The notes beneath the pieces were generated by a model that worked only from the letters and a program-made list of their open reading frames with translations, was not told where the DNA came from and ran no database searches. 64,000 nt of DNA from Anaeramoeba ignava BMAN (Eukaryota; Protista; Anaeramoebae). The stretch covers positions 1 to 64,000 of the forward strand of contig JAPDFW010000054.1 in assembly GCA_028826165.1 (NCBI GenBank), in the 5' to 3' direction. The translations under genes were made by a program, and so were the position numbers. Within the stretch, counting starts at the first letter, position 1. Each line of letters opens with the position of its first letter. Below, in pieces: positions 39,947-52,469 of the stretch.

Positions 39947-42900
39947 TTAAAGCATTCCAAATCCTTGAAAATTTTGAATTGCTAAACTTAATTTTTCTTT
40001 TAAAATTTCTTTAGAAGAATATTCAGGAAGTAAAAGTTGATTAAAACAAGTATGAGCACTAGGAAGTCTGTCTAAATTTGAATCTTGTTTTGAAATAGTA
40101 AATTTCATTTTAGAAAATCCACCAATTGGAACTCTATCTGTTCCACAAGAAAAAAATAAGAATTTCTTTTGAGATTCAATTGGAAATTCAGTTAAAATTT
40201 CCCATAACCATCTATTTATTTTATAATTTAAATATTTATTTTGGAATTTAAATATTTAATTTAAATATTTATTTTGGGATATAAATAATTAGTTTAAGTA
40301 TTTATTTTGGAATTTAAATATTTAATTTAAATATTTATTTTATAATTTAAATATTTAATTTAAATATTTATTTTGGGATATAAATAATTAATTTAAGTAT
40401 TTATTTTAAATATTTATTTTAAATATTTATTTTGAATGATAAATAATATCCATCTTTTTATATTTGCAATATAAAATTTAAAATTAAAAACTGGATCTCC
40501 ACAAATAAATAATTTAAAAATTAAAATATTATTTTATTAAGTATTTATTTTAAATATTTATTTATTGAATGATTGGAATTGTATGAATTTTGTGTATCCA
40601 TCTTTATATTTGGAATTGAAAATTGAATTGGAATTTTTTAAAGAATCAAAATTAAAAACTGGATCTCCACAAATTAATAATTCTAATTCTTCAGGTCTTA
40701 AAATCTAAATAAAATATTATTTTGATAAATTGAATTGAATTGGATTGAATTGAATTTAATTTAATTGAACTGGATTTTTTACTCTCAAAGTATAACTATC
40801 ACAAACAGTTACAAATCCTTTTGAAAATGCATCAAATTGTTTTTTGATTGATTTGCTTAATTCAAAATCCACATATAAATCAACATATTCTTGTCGATTT
40901 TTATTTGTAACTTGGATATTTCTTCCATTTGGTTTGAGATCATATGCTTTAGTATCTCCAAAATATGTAGTTTTTACTTGGAAAAATTCATCCAAATCTT
41001 CGACATTTCCATCCAAATTAAGTAATTTTTCCAATCCATTAGCTAAATCCTTTTATATTTTAAATATTCATTTTAAATATTTATATTTATATTTTAAATA
41101 TTTATATTTATATTTTAAATATTTATATTTATATTTTAAATATTTATATTTATATTTTAAATATTTATATTTATATTTTAAATATTTATATTTATATCTT
41201 AAATATTTATTTTTATATTTACAGAATCAACTTCTTTTAAATCTTCAAGTGTTAATTTCATTTGAAGTAATTTTTTATAAACAACTAGAGGAAAATGAAT
41301 ATCAAGAATAACTTGATTATAAATTGCTAATCCAAGAACAGCTCCAATAAGGAAAAATTCAGGTTCACTTTCAAGTGTATTCTTATTAAAAAAATGCAGA
41401 TGAGTTTTTTCATCATAAGTAAACATGCCATAATTTGGATCAAATAATTTGCCAATAACAATTTGGAAAAACTCTTTTTGAACACCACCTGCATCAACTG
41501 CTTCTTCTCCAACAAAATCAACCTTTAATTCTTTTTTAAAATTTTCTTTACTAGTTGAAATCTGATTTAGAGAGTCTTCAATAATATAATCTCTTCTGAC
41601 ATGCAATATGAAAAAGGGATTTAAATTTCCTATTGACATACCAATTTCTAAAGAATTTTTCATCTGAATTTTTTGTTGAACTTTCGCTTCCATTTCAAAT
41701 AACTTTGATTTTGTTAAGACATTTAAAAGAAAAGGAAAATTGCAAATTGAAAAATGATCTTTCAAAATAAATCCCAATAAATGATATTCCAATCCAAATT
41801 CTTTATTTTCAGGATCATTGATAATATTGTTAATAAGCTCATTTTGAAATAATTTAAAATCAACTGCATTTTGTGAATTTCTGTTGGAATTAGCCTCATT
41901 TAATAGTTCTAAAAGTCTGTATGCTAGAAGAACAATTTTATCTGCTTTTTCCATTTGGTTTACATTGAATGTTATTTGAATAGAAATAAAGTTCTGTAAT
42001 CTTTTAATCTTTTTTTGTATATTATATATCGGTACTTTTGTCAGCCATTTATATATTATTAATCGATGATTATGTTGAATATTGAAGATTGTTGAGAGGA
42101 ATTTCCCAAAAAAATCAAGGAATTCAGGTTCGCCAAGAAGCTTTAATTCAAATATTATTAAAATTGCTCGAAGATGAAGAAATTTTGGTTTGGATTTAAG
42201 TTCTTTTTCGATTTTTTCGAGTTGTTTTGTTAATGATGATTTGATTATATTTGTGATATCATCATCTTTCTGAATATTTTTAATATTATATTTTTTTGAA
42301 TATTTTTTTGAATATTTTTTTGAATATTTTTGAATTTTAATTAATTAATTAATTAATTTACAAGGGAATCAAGAAGAGAATAAACTTTTTGAACACTTTC
42401 AAAGTCGATTCCTAAACAAGTTGTATTACAAATTGGTAATTCTGACTTCTATTTTAATTTATAATTTTTTTTCCGATTTTAATTATAATTTTAATTATAA
42501 TTTTCATATTAATTTTCATATTAATTTTAATTATAAATTTCATATTAATTTTTACATTAATTTTAATTTATAATTTTCATATTAATTATAATTTCAATTT
42601 TCATATTAATTTTGATTATAATTTTAATTTATAATTTTCATATTAATTTTAATTATAAATTTCACATTAATTATAAATTTCATATTAATTTTCATATTAA
42701 TTTTAATTTTAATTTTAATTTATAATTTTCATATTAATTTTTTTCCGATTTTAAATTTAATTTTAATTTATAATTTTCATATTAATTTTTCCGATTTTAA
42801 ATTTAATTTTAATTTTAATATTAATTTTCATATTAATTTTTTTCCGATTTTAAATTTAATTTTCATATTAATTTTAATTTTAATTTTTTTCCGATTTTAA

Positions 42901-43640
42901 ATTTAATTTCAATTTTAATTTTAATTATAATTTTTATATTAATTTTAATTTTAATTTTAATTTTAATTTTAATTTTAATTTTAATTTATAATTTTCATAT
43001 TAATTTTTTTCCGATTTTAAATTTAATTTTAATTTTAATTATAATTTTTACAGGAAAGAAACTGTGGAAAAATTTATTAGATCCAAACCAATCACCAATA
43101 AATTCAAGAAGAGGAGTTTTATTTTTAGATTTATTAAATTCATAAATTTTGTTATTTAATAAAGTAACATAATCTGGTTGATGTTGAAAAAGTTCATTTT
43201 CAGTGCAAAAATTCTAATTCTATTTGAAAATAATTCAAAAGATTTTGCTGCAAAAAAATTTGGATCTAATTTTTCATCAAAATAATAAAATTCTGGCGAG
43301 GATCTACAATATGGATTTTTGCAATCAATATCCCCACATCCAAATAAAAGTGAATTATAAATTCTAAAAAAATGAGGAAAATAGTTTAAATTTTAATTTT
43401 TAATTTTTAATTTTAATTTTAATTTTAATTCTGATTTTAATTTTAATTTTAATTTTAATTCTGATTTTAATTTTAATTATAATTATAATTTTAATTTTAC
43501 TTTTGAATTTTGTTTTGATTTTAATTTTAATTATAATTTTAATTCTGATTTTACTTTTGAATTTTGTTTTGATTTTCCTTTTGAATTTTGTTTTGAATAA
43601 ATTGATCACTTTTTTCTAATTTTGGAATATTTTCAATCAT
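39947..43640 (-). CDS. HECT E3 ubiquitin ligase, UBE3A/E6AP-like with N-terminal AZUL zinc finger
   Basis: GCGDIDCKNPYCRS; VRRDYIIEDSL, FVGEEAVDAGGVQKEFF; LPSAHTCFN (catalytic Cys); ends GFGML. Frameshift near 43228 and a corrupted exon at about 40570-40704. Confidence 0.85.
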
Positions 43641-43808
43641 AATTATTTAAATTCCAAAAAAAATTATTTTGTTATTTTAATTATTTGAAAAAAGGAAAAA
43701 AATGAAAAAAGAAAAAGGAAAAATAAAATAATTAAAATAATTTTCTCCTTTATTTTTTTTCATTTTTATTTTTCTCATTTTCATTTTTTTATTTTTCATT
43801 TTTTTTAA

Positions 43809-44573
43809 ATGTCATTAACAAAAAAATTATCTGCAAATGTTCTTTCGTTAAAATTTATGCAAAGAAAAAACAATAAAATAAATACAGAAACAAAAATAGA
43901 AACAAAAACACCAATTAAATCTAATTGGAGAAAACAATTAAATGAAAGTCAAGTTAATAAAAAAGATAATAAAAACCAAAGTCAAGTTAATAAAAATGAT
44001 AATAAAAACGAAAGTCAAGTTAATAAAAAAGATAATAAAAACCAAAGTCAAGATAATAAAAATGATAATAAAAATGAAAGTCAAGTTAATAAAAATGATA
44101 ATAAAAATGAAAGTCAAGATAATAAAAATGATAATAAAAACCAAAGTCAAGATAATAAAAATGATAATAAAAATGAAAATCAAGTTAATAAAAAACCAAA
44201 ATATATTGAAATTTCTTTAAATGAAGAAAATCAATTAAATTCATCAAATGATTTGAAAATCAATCAAATTGAAATGGATTTTCAACCTATAACTTCAGAT
44301 AATTATTTTGGTAGATTTTCTTTTAATCAATTTAATCCAAAAATTGAAAAACTTATGGATAAATCTAAAAGTAATGAAAATGATAATGAAAAAAATCCAA
44401 AAGATGAAATTAATCCAGAAAATTTTCATTATAAAAGAAAATTTCCAAAAAAACATGATAATTTATTACAAGAATTTGATGTGGAAAAAAGATCAAAAAA
44501 ATCAAATCAAAAATCAAATCAAAAATCAAATCAAAAATCAAATCAAAAATTAAATCGAAAATATTTGAAATAA
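43809..44573 (+). CDS. MPHOSPH6: M-phase phosphoprotein 6 (nuclear exosome cofactor) with an internal 11-aa N/K/D repeat
   Basis: KLSANVLSLKFMQR and GRFSFNQFNPKIEKLM signatures. Confidence 0.8.
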   Translation: MSLTKKLSANVLSLKFMQRKNNKINTETKIETKTPIKSNWRKQLNESQVNKKDNKNQSQVNKNDNKNESQVNKKDNKNQSQDNKNDNKNESQVNKNDNKNESQDNKNDNKNQSQDNKNDNKNENQVNKKPKYIEISLNEENQLNSSNDLKINQIEMDFQPITSDNYFGRFSFNQFNPKIEKLMDKSKSNENDNEKNPKDEINPENFHYKRKFPKKHDNLLQEFDVEKRSKKSNQKSNQKSNQKSNQKLNRKYLK

Positions 44574-44770
44574 ATTTATATAGAAAATTATTTTTAGAAA
44601 TCAATTAATCTTATTTGTTTGTTTTTATTTTTGTTTGTTTTTTTTTTAAAAAATTTTGAAAAGAAATTAAGTTTTTCTTTCAAAAAGAAAATCATGATTA
44701 AAAAAAAAGATTGAAAAAGAATTAAAAGAAAAAATTGAAAGAGAATTAAAAGAAAAAGAATTTTGAAAAA

Positions 44771-46015
44771 TTAAATCTTGAAAAATTGGAAATTTTCATT
44801 GAGAAGATCATTTAAAATTTCATCAGAAATTGGGTTTACAAATGCTTCATAATCAATTGGTTTTTCTGATTGATTTAAATTACTTTGTTGATTACTAGTT
44901 AATTCGTTATTTGGGAAATTTGAATCTGAATCTGAATCTTGATTTTGATTTTGATTTTGAATTGGATTTGAATTGAAATTTGGATTTGATTTAAAATCTA
45001 AATCTGAATCTGAATCTGAATCTGAATTTGGATTTGGATTTGAATTGAAATTTTGATTTGGATTGAAATTTGAATTAAAATTTTGAATTGGATTTGAATT
45101 GAAATTTGATTTAAAATCTAAATCTGAATCTGAATCTGAATCTGAATCTGAATTTGGATTTGAATCTGAATTTGGATTTGGATTTGATTTAAAATTTGGA
45201 TTTGAATTGAAATTTGGATTTGATTTAAAATTTGGATTTGAATTGAAATTTTGATTAAAATTTTGATTAAAATTTTGAATTGGATTTGAATTGAAATTTT
45301 GAATTGGATTTGAATTTGATTTAAAATCAGCTTTTTTTCCTTTTAAATTTTCTTCATTATTCAATAACTCATCATCTGAACTTTCTGTTTCTGAAATGGA
45401 TAATTTACCAGTTTTCTTTGATCTGTCTAATTTTTCAATAAATTTTGTAATGTTCATTTCTAAATCAACTCCTTTTATTTGCATTCCAATAAGATCTTTT
45501 TTAAGAGAATTTAATTTATTTTCTAAAAGACTATTTTCTTTTGAATCAAAATTTTGTTTTGGAATTGAATTATAAGCCATTTCTAATTGATTTTTCTTAT
45601 TTTTTAATTGAAATGAATCAATTTTCGGGAAATTTTGTTCATTTTCTTTTGGAATATTTGATTTCATTTGTTGATCATTAAATGAATATTTTTGTTTAAA
45701 TTGTTGTTCATTATTTGAATATTTTTTCATTAAATTTGCATTTGAATTTGGATTTGAATTTGGATTTAAATTTAAATCTAAGTCTGAATCTGAATCTGTA
45801 AGTGAAATTGAATCTAAAAGTGAATCTAAATCTGAATCTGAATTTAAATTTGAATCTGTTTTAACTTTATTTTTTTCTGTGTTTTGTTGTTTATTGGAAT
45901 TTTCATAAGTGAAACCTATATTTATATCATCATTTTGTTTTTTTGGTTGAACTAAATGATGAAATTTAGAAAAAATAGTTTTTTTTTGTTGAGAATTTTT
46001 TAAATTTGAATTCAT
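44771..46015 (-). CDS. Hypothetical low-complexity N/S/D-rich protein
   Basis: 414 aa ORF preceded by TCATTTT motifs; short coiled-coil-like segment; no family recognised. Confidence 0.65.
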   Translation of the reverse strand: MNSNLKNSQQKKTIFSKFHHLVQPKKQNDDINIGFTYENSNKQQNTEKNKVKTDSNLNSDSDLDSLLDSISLTDSDSDLDLNLNPNSNPNSNANLMKKYSNNEQQFKQKYSFNDQQMKSNIPKENEQNFPKIDSFQLKNKKNQLEMAYNSIPKQNFDSKENSLLENKLNSLKKDLIGMQIKGVDLEMNITKFIEKLDRSKKTGKLSISETESSDDELLNNEENLKGKKADFKSNSNPIQNFNSNPIQNFNQNFNQNFNSNPNFKSNPNFNSNPNFKSNPNPNSDSNPNSDSDSDSDSDLDFKSNFNSNPIQNFNSNFNPNQNFNSNPNPNSDSDSDSDLDFKSNPNFNSNPIQNQNQNQDSDSDSNFPNNELTSNQQSNLNQSEKPIDYEAFVNPISDEILNDLLNENFQFFKI

Positions 46016-46612
46016 AAATGAAATAAAAAAAAAATGAAAAAAAAAAATGAAAAATGAAATTTAAAAATTAAAATTTTTTTCAAATCATTTTAAAAAAGAA
46101 AATAAAAGAAAAAAAAAAATAAATGAAGAAAAAAGTAAAAATAAATTGACAAAATAAAATTCAATTTCAATTTTGATTTTAATTTTAATTTGGATTCAAT
46201 TTCAATTTTAATTCTGATTTTCAATTTTGATTTTAATTTTGATTTTGATTTTGATTTTGATTTTGATTTTGATTTTGATTTTGATTTTGATTTTGATTTT
46301 GATTTTAATTTTTAATTTTGATTTCAATTTTGATTTCAATTTTGATTTTAATTTTGATTCTGATTTTAATTGATATTGATTTTGATTTTAATTTTAATTT
46401 TGATTTTAATTTTGATTTTGATTTTGATTTTAATTTTGATTTTGATTTTGATTTTAATTTTTAATTTGATTTTGATTTTGTAAATGGATTTTGATTTTGA
46501 TTTTAATTTTAATTTTGATTTTGATTTTAATTTTGATTTTGATTTTAATTTTAATTCAATTTTAATAAATGAATTTTATAAATGAATTTTATAAATGAAT
46601 TTTAATTTTGAT

Positions 46613-49600
46613 TTAGATAAATTCAGTTCCAAAAATAAGCTTTCTTCTCTCGGAATCACTAAGATAATGAACATTCTTAAACATTCTATTAAAACTACAA
46701 ATACCAGTAGAAAAATCATCAGAAGAAAAAGAATCCAAATCAGCCATTTGAAGAATAAGACTTTCATCAGTATTTGAAATATCCCCAATATTAATAGATG
46801 GCTGAGAATCAGGATCTCTTTCCGAATAATCCTGAATAGCTTTTTGATAAAGTTCCTTGCGTTGAACAAGTTCTTTATGAATAATTTTCTTGGCTTTAAA
46901 AAAAACTTGACGAGAAGTTGTAAGTGAGTTTTTTTTGCAATAAGACCAAAGCGATCCATAATTAGGATCTGAATTAATACAAGAGCGCAGAAGAGACGAG
47001 CAAGAAATATTATGGATTCCATTATCAAGCATTTCAAGCCGAATATATTCGATAAAAGACTCGCCATATTGCGGGGTGAATTGGATTGCGAAATCAAGAA
47101 AACGGCGAGCTTGATGAAGATTGAAGAAGGGCGAAAGAGGGGAGAGCATGATCCGAGCACCCTCGCACCAAACCTCGCCGGATTTCGGGACTTCCGCAAG
47201 CGCTCTACGGAAGGTTTGGATCTGTTGATAGAGCCCAGTGTGTTGTTTGAGCTGGATCAGAACGGACCATAATCGCCCCGTTCCAGGATGGATCTTCAAC
47301 GCATGCTCTGCAGATGAAATTGCAAGTGAAATGTTTCCTGCGCGCATTTCGAGGAGAATATCCTCGAGAAAAACTTTCCATTCGCGCGCAGATTCGCGCT
47401 TTGCTTTGTTTAGAATATATCGTGCTTCCTCGATATTCCCGACATATTCTTCAAATCTCGCGCATTCAATAAGAACAACTGCTCGCGATTTTAAAGGAAC
47501 TTCTCTCAGTGCTTGATTCAATAATCGCCGCGCTGTGTTTAAATTATCCCCGAAAAGCTCCGTTCTTGCGGCACCAAGCCAGATTCTCCAGCGGAGATTG
47601 GATGGGCATTTTAATACGGCATGGACAAATGCATCGCGGCTCTCGTTGAATCGAAGCGCGCGAGCCTCGAAATGCGCGTGCTCCATATGCACCTTCCATT
47701 TTAATTCTTTGGAAACATTTCGAATTGCGTATTGGAATGTTTTGCGGATGTTGTTGTGGATTTCGTCGTCGTTTTGGTTCTCGTGAAGAAGAGTCTTTGC
47801 GAGAACATTATCAATTGATTCTTGTCGAAGCGAAAGAATACTTGCGCGATTTGAATATGGATTTTTTGAGAGATGTTTTCGATGGCGGGATTTCTGAGGA
47901 AAAACTCGTTCGTTTTGTACATTTGGTGGCGAAACAAGATTGTGCATATGCGTGTTATCAAGAAGCATCAATGAGTTTTGATCAGAACGATCTGCGTGAC
48001 GCGGGAAGAAATTCTCCTGCGAAGAGTCATCCAGATGGAAGATTATATCATCCAACGGAAAGGAAGTTTTTGCAGAATTTTGATGATGCAGATCGAGTGC
48101 CGGATATTTTGTTTCCGTTCTTTCAAGCTCTGTTTCCAGAGAAACCTCGTCCCGATTAAGCGCAAGAATTTGCTCAATACGGAATAAAGCAAACCACAGC
48201 GGCGCGTAACGGGGATTTTCCTTGATTCCTGCTCGCGCGATGTCTGCTGCGAATACAAAGTTTCCGTTTTTTTCCTCCAGTTTGCATGCTTCATAAAAAA
48301 CAGGACCGCACCAAGGAACAAGTTGGAACAATCGCTCAAAAATTGAGCGCGCAATGTCGAGATTTCCTGCTCGTGCTTCTAATAATCCTCCCTCTAGAAA
48401 TGCTCGCCATGACTTCTCAATATCCATTCCTCTCAATCCGCGAAATACTCCTCTTGCCTCGTAAATTCTTCCTGTTTTCTCAAGATGTTTGACTACTTTG
48501 ATTATTAAATTATCGTGTTGCGGACAATAACGAAGTCCAAGTTGCAAAATTTGTTGTGATTTTTCCATCTCGCCAATTTCCTCTTCCATTTTTGCAAATT
48601 CCATCCATGGCTGCGGTGTATAAGGTTGCAGCACAATTGCTTGTCGATATAATTTCCGCGCCTTCTTGATTTCGTTATCGCGCTTTGAAAGATCTGCAAG
48701 TTCTAAAAATACTCGCCAATGCAATTTTGTTGGCAATTCTCGAACCATGTATTCCTTTGCAAATTGCCAGCATTTTTCAAGTCCGTCTTTTTCGTGTTGT
48801 TTAAATGCTTTAAAAAAATGTTTGAGTTGGTTCTTTGTTTGTTGTGTTTCCACTAATTGTGAATGCAAAATCTCGCGTGTTCTTGTGTCTTCAAGAGGTG
48901 GAAGAGCGAGCATTTCGAGTTGGTTTTTTCCGCTTGTTAAATTTTCATTTTGGATTTGATTTTCATCTTGATTTTGATTTTGATTTTGATTTTGATTTTG
49001 ATTTTGATTTTGATTTTGATTTTGATTTTGATTTTGATTTTGATTTTGATTTTGATTTTGATTCTCGTTTTCATTTTCATGTATATCTGGTGAAGTTATT
49101 CCATCATTTTCCAAGTCGAAAGATTGTAAACTTTCTAAATATGTTGTTGGACTCAATCGTGGAGATTGTATGTTTTCAATTTCTTGTCGTAAATCTTGGT
49201 TTTCTTGCTTGTTTCCTTGTGTGAATTCTTGTCTATCATGTTCTATATTTTTATTTTTATCTGATCTAAAGTAATTATCAAAATAATTTTTGTTTTCTTG
49301 CATGTAATATCCATTGAATTGATTATTATCTCTAAGTGGATAATTGAATGTATTTGGTGGGAAGTAATTTCTATTTTCATTCTTTAATTTAAATAAAAAA
49401 ATTAATTTTAATTTTGAATTTTGAATTAATTTTGAATTTATTTTTAATTTAATTTTGAATTTATTTTGAATTTATTTTGAATTAAATTTGGATTAATTTT
49501 GAATTTTTTTTTAATTAATTTTGAATTAATTTTGAATTTAATTTTGAATTTATTTTTTAATTTATTTTTAATTTTGAATTAATTTTGAATTAATTTTGAA

Positions 49601-52291
49601 TTAATTTTGAATTAATTTTTAATTTTGAATTTAATTTGGATTAATTTTGAATTTATTTTGAATTTATTTTGAATTTATTTTGAATTAATTTTGAATTAAT
49701 TTTGAATTAATTTTGAATTTATTTTGAATTTATTTTGAATTAATTTTGAATTTATTTTGAATTTATTTTGAATTTATTTTGAATTTATTTTGAATTTATT
49801 TTGAATTTATTTTGAATTTATTTTGAATTAATTTTGAATTTATTTTGAATTAATTTTGAATTAATTTTGAATTAATTTTGAATTAATTTTGGATTTATTT
49901 TGGATTAATTTTGAATTAATTTTGAATTAATTTTGAATTTATTTTGAATTAATTTTGAATTTATTTTGAATTTATTTTGAATTTATTTTGAATTAATTTT
50001 GAATTAATTTTGAATTTATTTTGGATTAATTTTGAATTTATTTTGAATTTATTTTGAATTTATTTTGAATTAATTTTGAATTAATTTTGAATTAATTTTG
50101 AATTTTGAATTAATTTTGAATTAATTTTGAATTTATTTTGAATTAATTTTGAATTAATTTTGAATTAATTTTGAATTTTGAATTAATTTTGAATTAATTT
50201 TGAATTTATTTTGAATTAATTTTGAATTTATTTTGAATTTATTTTGAATTAATTTTGAATTAATTTTGAATTTATTTTGAATTAATTTTGAATTAATTTT
50301 GAATTTTGAATTAATTTTGAATTTTGAATTTATTTTGGATTTATTTTGGATTTATTTTGAATTTATTTTGAATTAATTTTGAATTCAATTTTGAATTAAT
50401 TTTGAATTTATTTTGAATTAATTTTGAATTTTGAATTTATTTTGGATTAAATTTGGATTAATTTTGAATTAATTTTGAATTTTGAATTTATTTTGAATTT
50501 ATTTTGGATTAATTTTGAATTAATTTTGAATTAATTTTGAATTTATTTTGAATTAATTTTTAATTAATTTTGAATTAATTTTGAATTAATTTTGAATTAA
50601 TTTTGAATTTATTTTGAATTAATTTTGAATTTATTTTGAATTAATTTTGAATTTATTTTGAATCAATTTTGAATTAATTTTGAATTTTGAATTAATTTTG
50701 AATTTCAATTTTGAATTAATTTTGAATTTTGAATTAATTCTGAATTTAATTTGAATTAATTTTTAATTTTGAATTTAATTTGGATTAATTTTGAATTTTT
50801 TTTTAATTGAATTTGAAATTTAATTTTGAATTTATTTTGAATTAATTTTGATTTATTTTGAATTTATTTTGAATTTATTTTGAATTAATTTTGAATTAAT
50901 TTTGAATTAATTTTGAATTAATTTTGAATTTATTTTGAATTAATTTTGAATTTAATTTTGAATTTATTTTGATTTAATTTTGGATTTATTTTGAATTAAT
51001 TTTAAATTTATTTTGATTTTGATTTAATTTTGGATTTATTTTGAATTTATTTTGAATTAAATTTGAATTTATTTTGAATTTATTTTGAATTTATTTTGAA
51101 TTTATTTTGAATTAATTTTGAATTAATTTTGAATTAATTTTGAATTTATTTTGAATTTATTTTGAATTTTGAATTTAATTTGAATTTATTTTGAATTTAT
51201 TTTGAATTAATTTTGAATTTTGAATTTAATTTGAATTTATTTTGAATTTATTTTGAATTTAATTTTGAATTAATTTTGAATTTTGAATTTAATTTGAATT
51301 TATTTTGAATTAATTTTGAATTTATTTTGAATTTATTTTGAATTAATTTTGAATTAATTTTGAATTTAATATCTACTGATTGTCTTTCGAAGTATGAATT
51401 AATATCTTGGGGGATAAAATTAGTAAATCCATGTGGATCAAATTCATTATTATTTTGTGTAACTTCTGAATTTTTTTTAATATTTCCAAAAAAATAGTTT
51501 GGATTTCCTGTTTGTAAATGAAATGGTGGTTGTGGACTTTCTTGAATTAATGGATATTTAGGGTTTATTGATTCTGTTTCTTCTGATTTTGTTTTTTCTT
51601 CATTATCATTTGCTTCATTTGTTGTTATAAAATCTTGTTGAATTGAATTTATTTGATAAGATCTTAAAATTGATCGTGGAGATTTTGAAAAGAAAGATCC
51701 TCCTTTTGTTATTGGTTTTTCTGGTATTTGCTTTGTTTTTGAATTTGGACTTGTAAAATTTTAATTTTTAATTTTAGTTTTTATATTTATATTGATATTT
51801 ATATTTATATTTATATTTATATTTATATTTATATTTATATTATATTTATATTTATATTTATATTTATATTTATATTTATATTTATATTTATATTTTATTT
51901 ATATTTATATTTATATTTATATTTATATTTATATTTATATTTATATTTATATTTATATTTATATTTATATTTATATTTATATTTATATTTATATTTACAT
52001 TTACATTTATATTTATATTTATATTTATATTTATATTTATATTTATATTTATATTTATATTTATATTTGTATTTATATTTATATTTATTTTTAAGTTTTT
52101 AATTGTATTTATATTTAATTTTGACATTATTTATTTTTTCGAAAAATGTTAAAACAATAATTTTTATGTTAATTTATTTACTATTGTGGAAAAATTGTTG
52201 AAATTGATTTTAGATTTCTTTTTAAATTTAAAATTTCATTTTCAATTTGCTTTTGTCTTGAATTTGTTGTTGAATAAGTATTGTTTGACAT
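46613..52291 (-). CDS. HAT/TPR-repeat protein with disordered N-terminus, 3 exons
   Basis: ATG 52291; introns about 51750-52181 and 49382-51377 splice in frame into ORF 46613-49303. HAT-type repeats ([32 protein letters not shown]). Confidence 0.8.
49382..51377 (-). repeat. 2-kb intron of 11-nt repeats (GAATTAATTTT / GAATTTATTTT on +)
   Basis: Directly visible, bounded by minus-strand GT and AG. Confidence 0.9.
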
Positions 52292-52469
52292 TTCCAAAAA
52301 AGAAATAAAAGAAAAAATGAAAAAAAAAGGAAAAAAAAATAAAAATAATTTTTAATTAAATTTGAATAATCCATATTTTTTATTATATATAATAATTAAT
52401 ATAAAAAAAATTTTTTAATTTATTTTTATTTTTCATTTTTTTTTTCATTTTTTTTTTTAATTTATTAAA

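Noticed and set aside
47750-48150. Insertion between HAT blocks as a possible intein
   Set aside because: No Cys/Ser start with a His-Asn end followed by Cys/Ser/Thr (HN is followed by L or N), and no endonuclease motifs; it looks like a disordered linker.
47000-48950. GC/CpG-rich island as horizontal transfer, and its many antisense ORFs as genes
   Set aside because: It is the centre of an intron-containing eukaryotic HAT-repeat gene with gradual edges; higher GC explains the short antisense ORFs.
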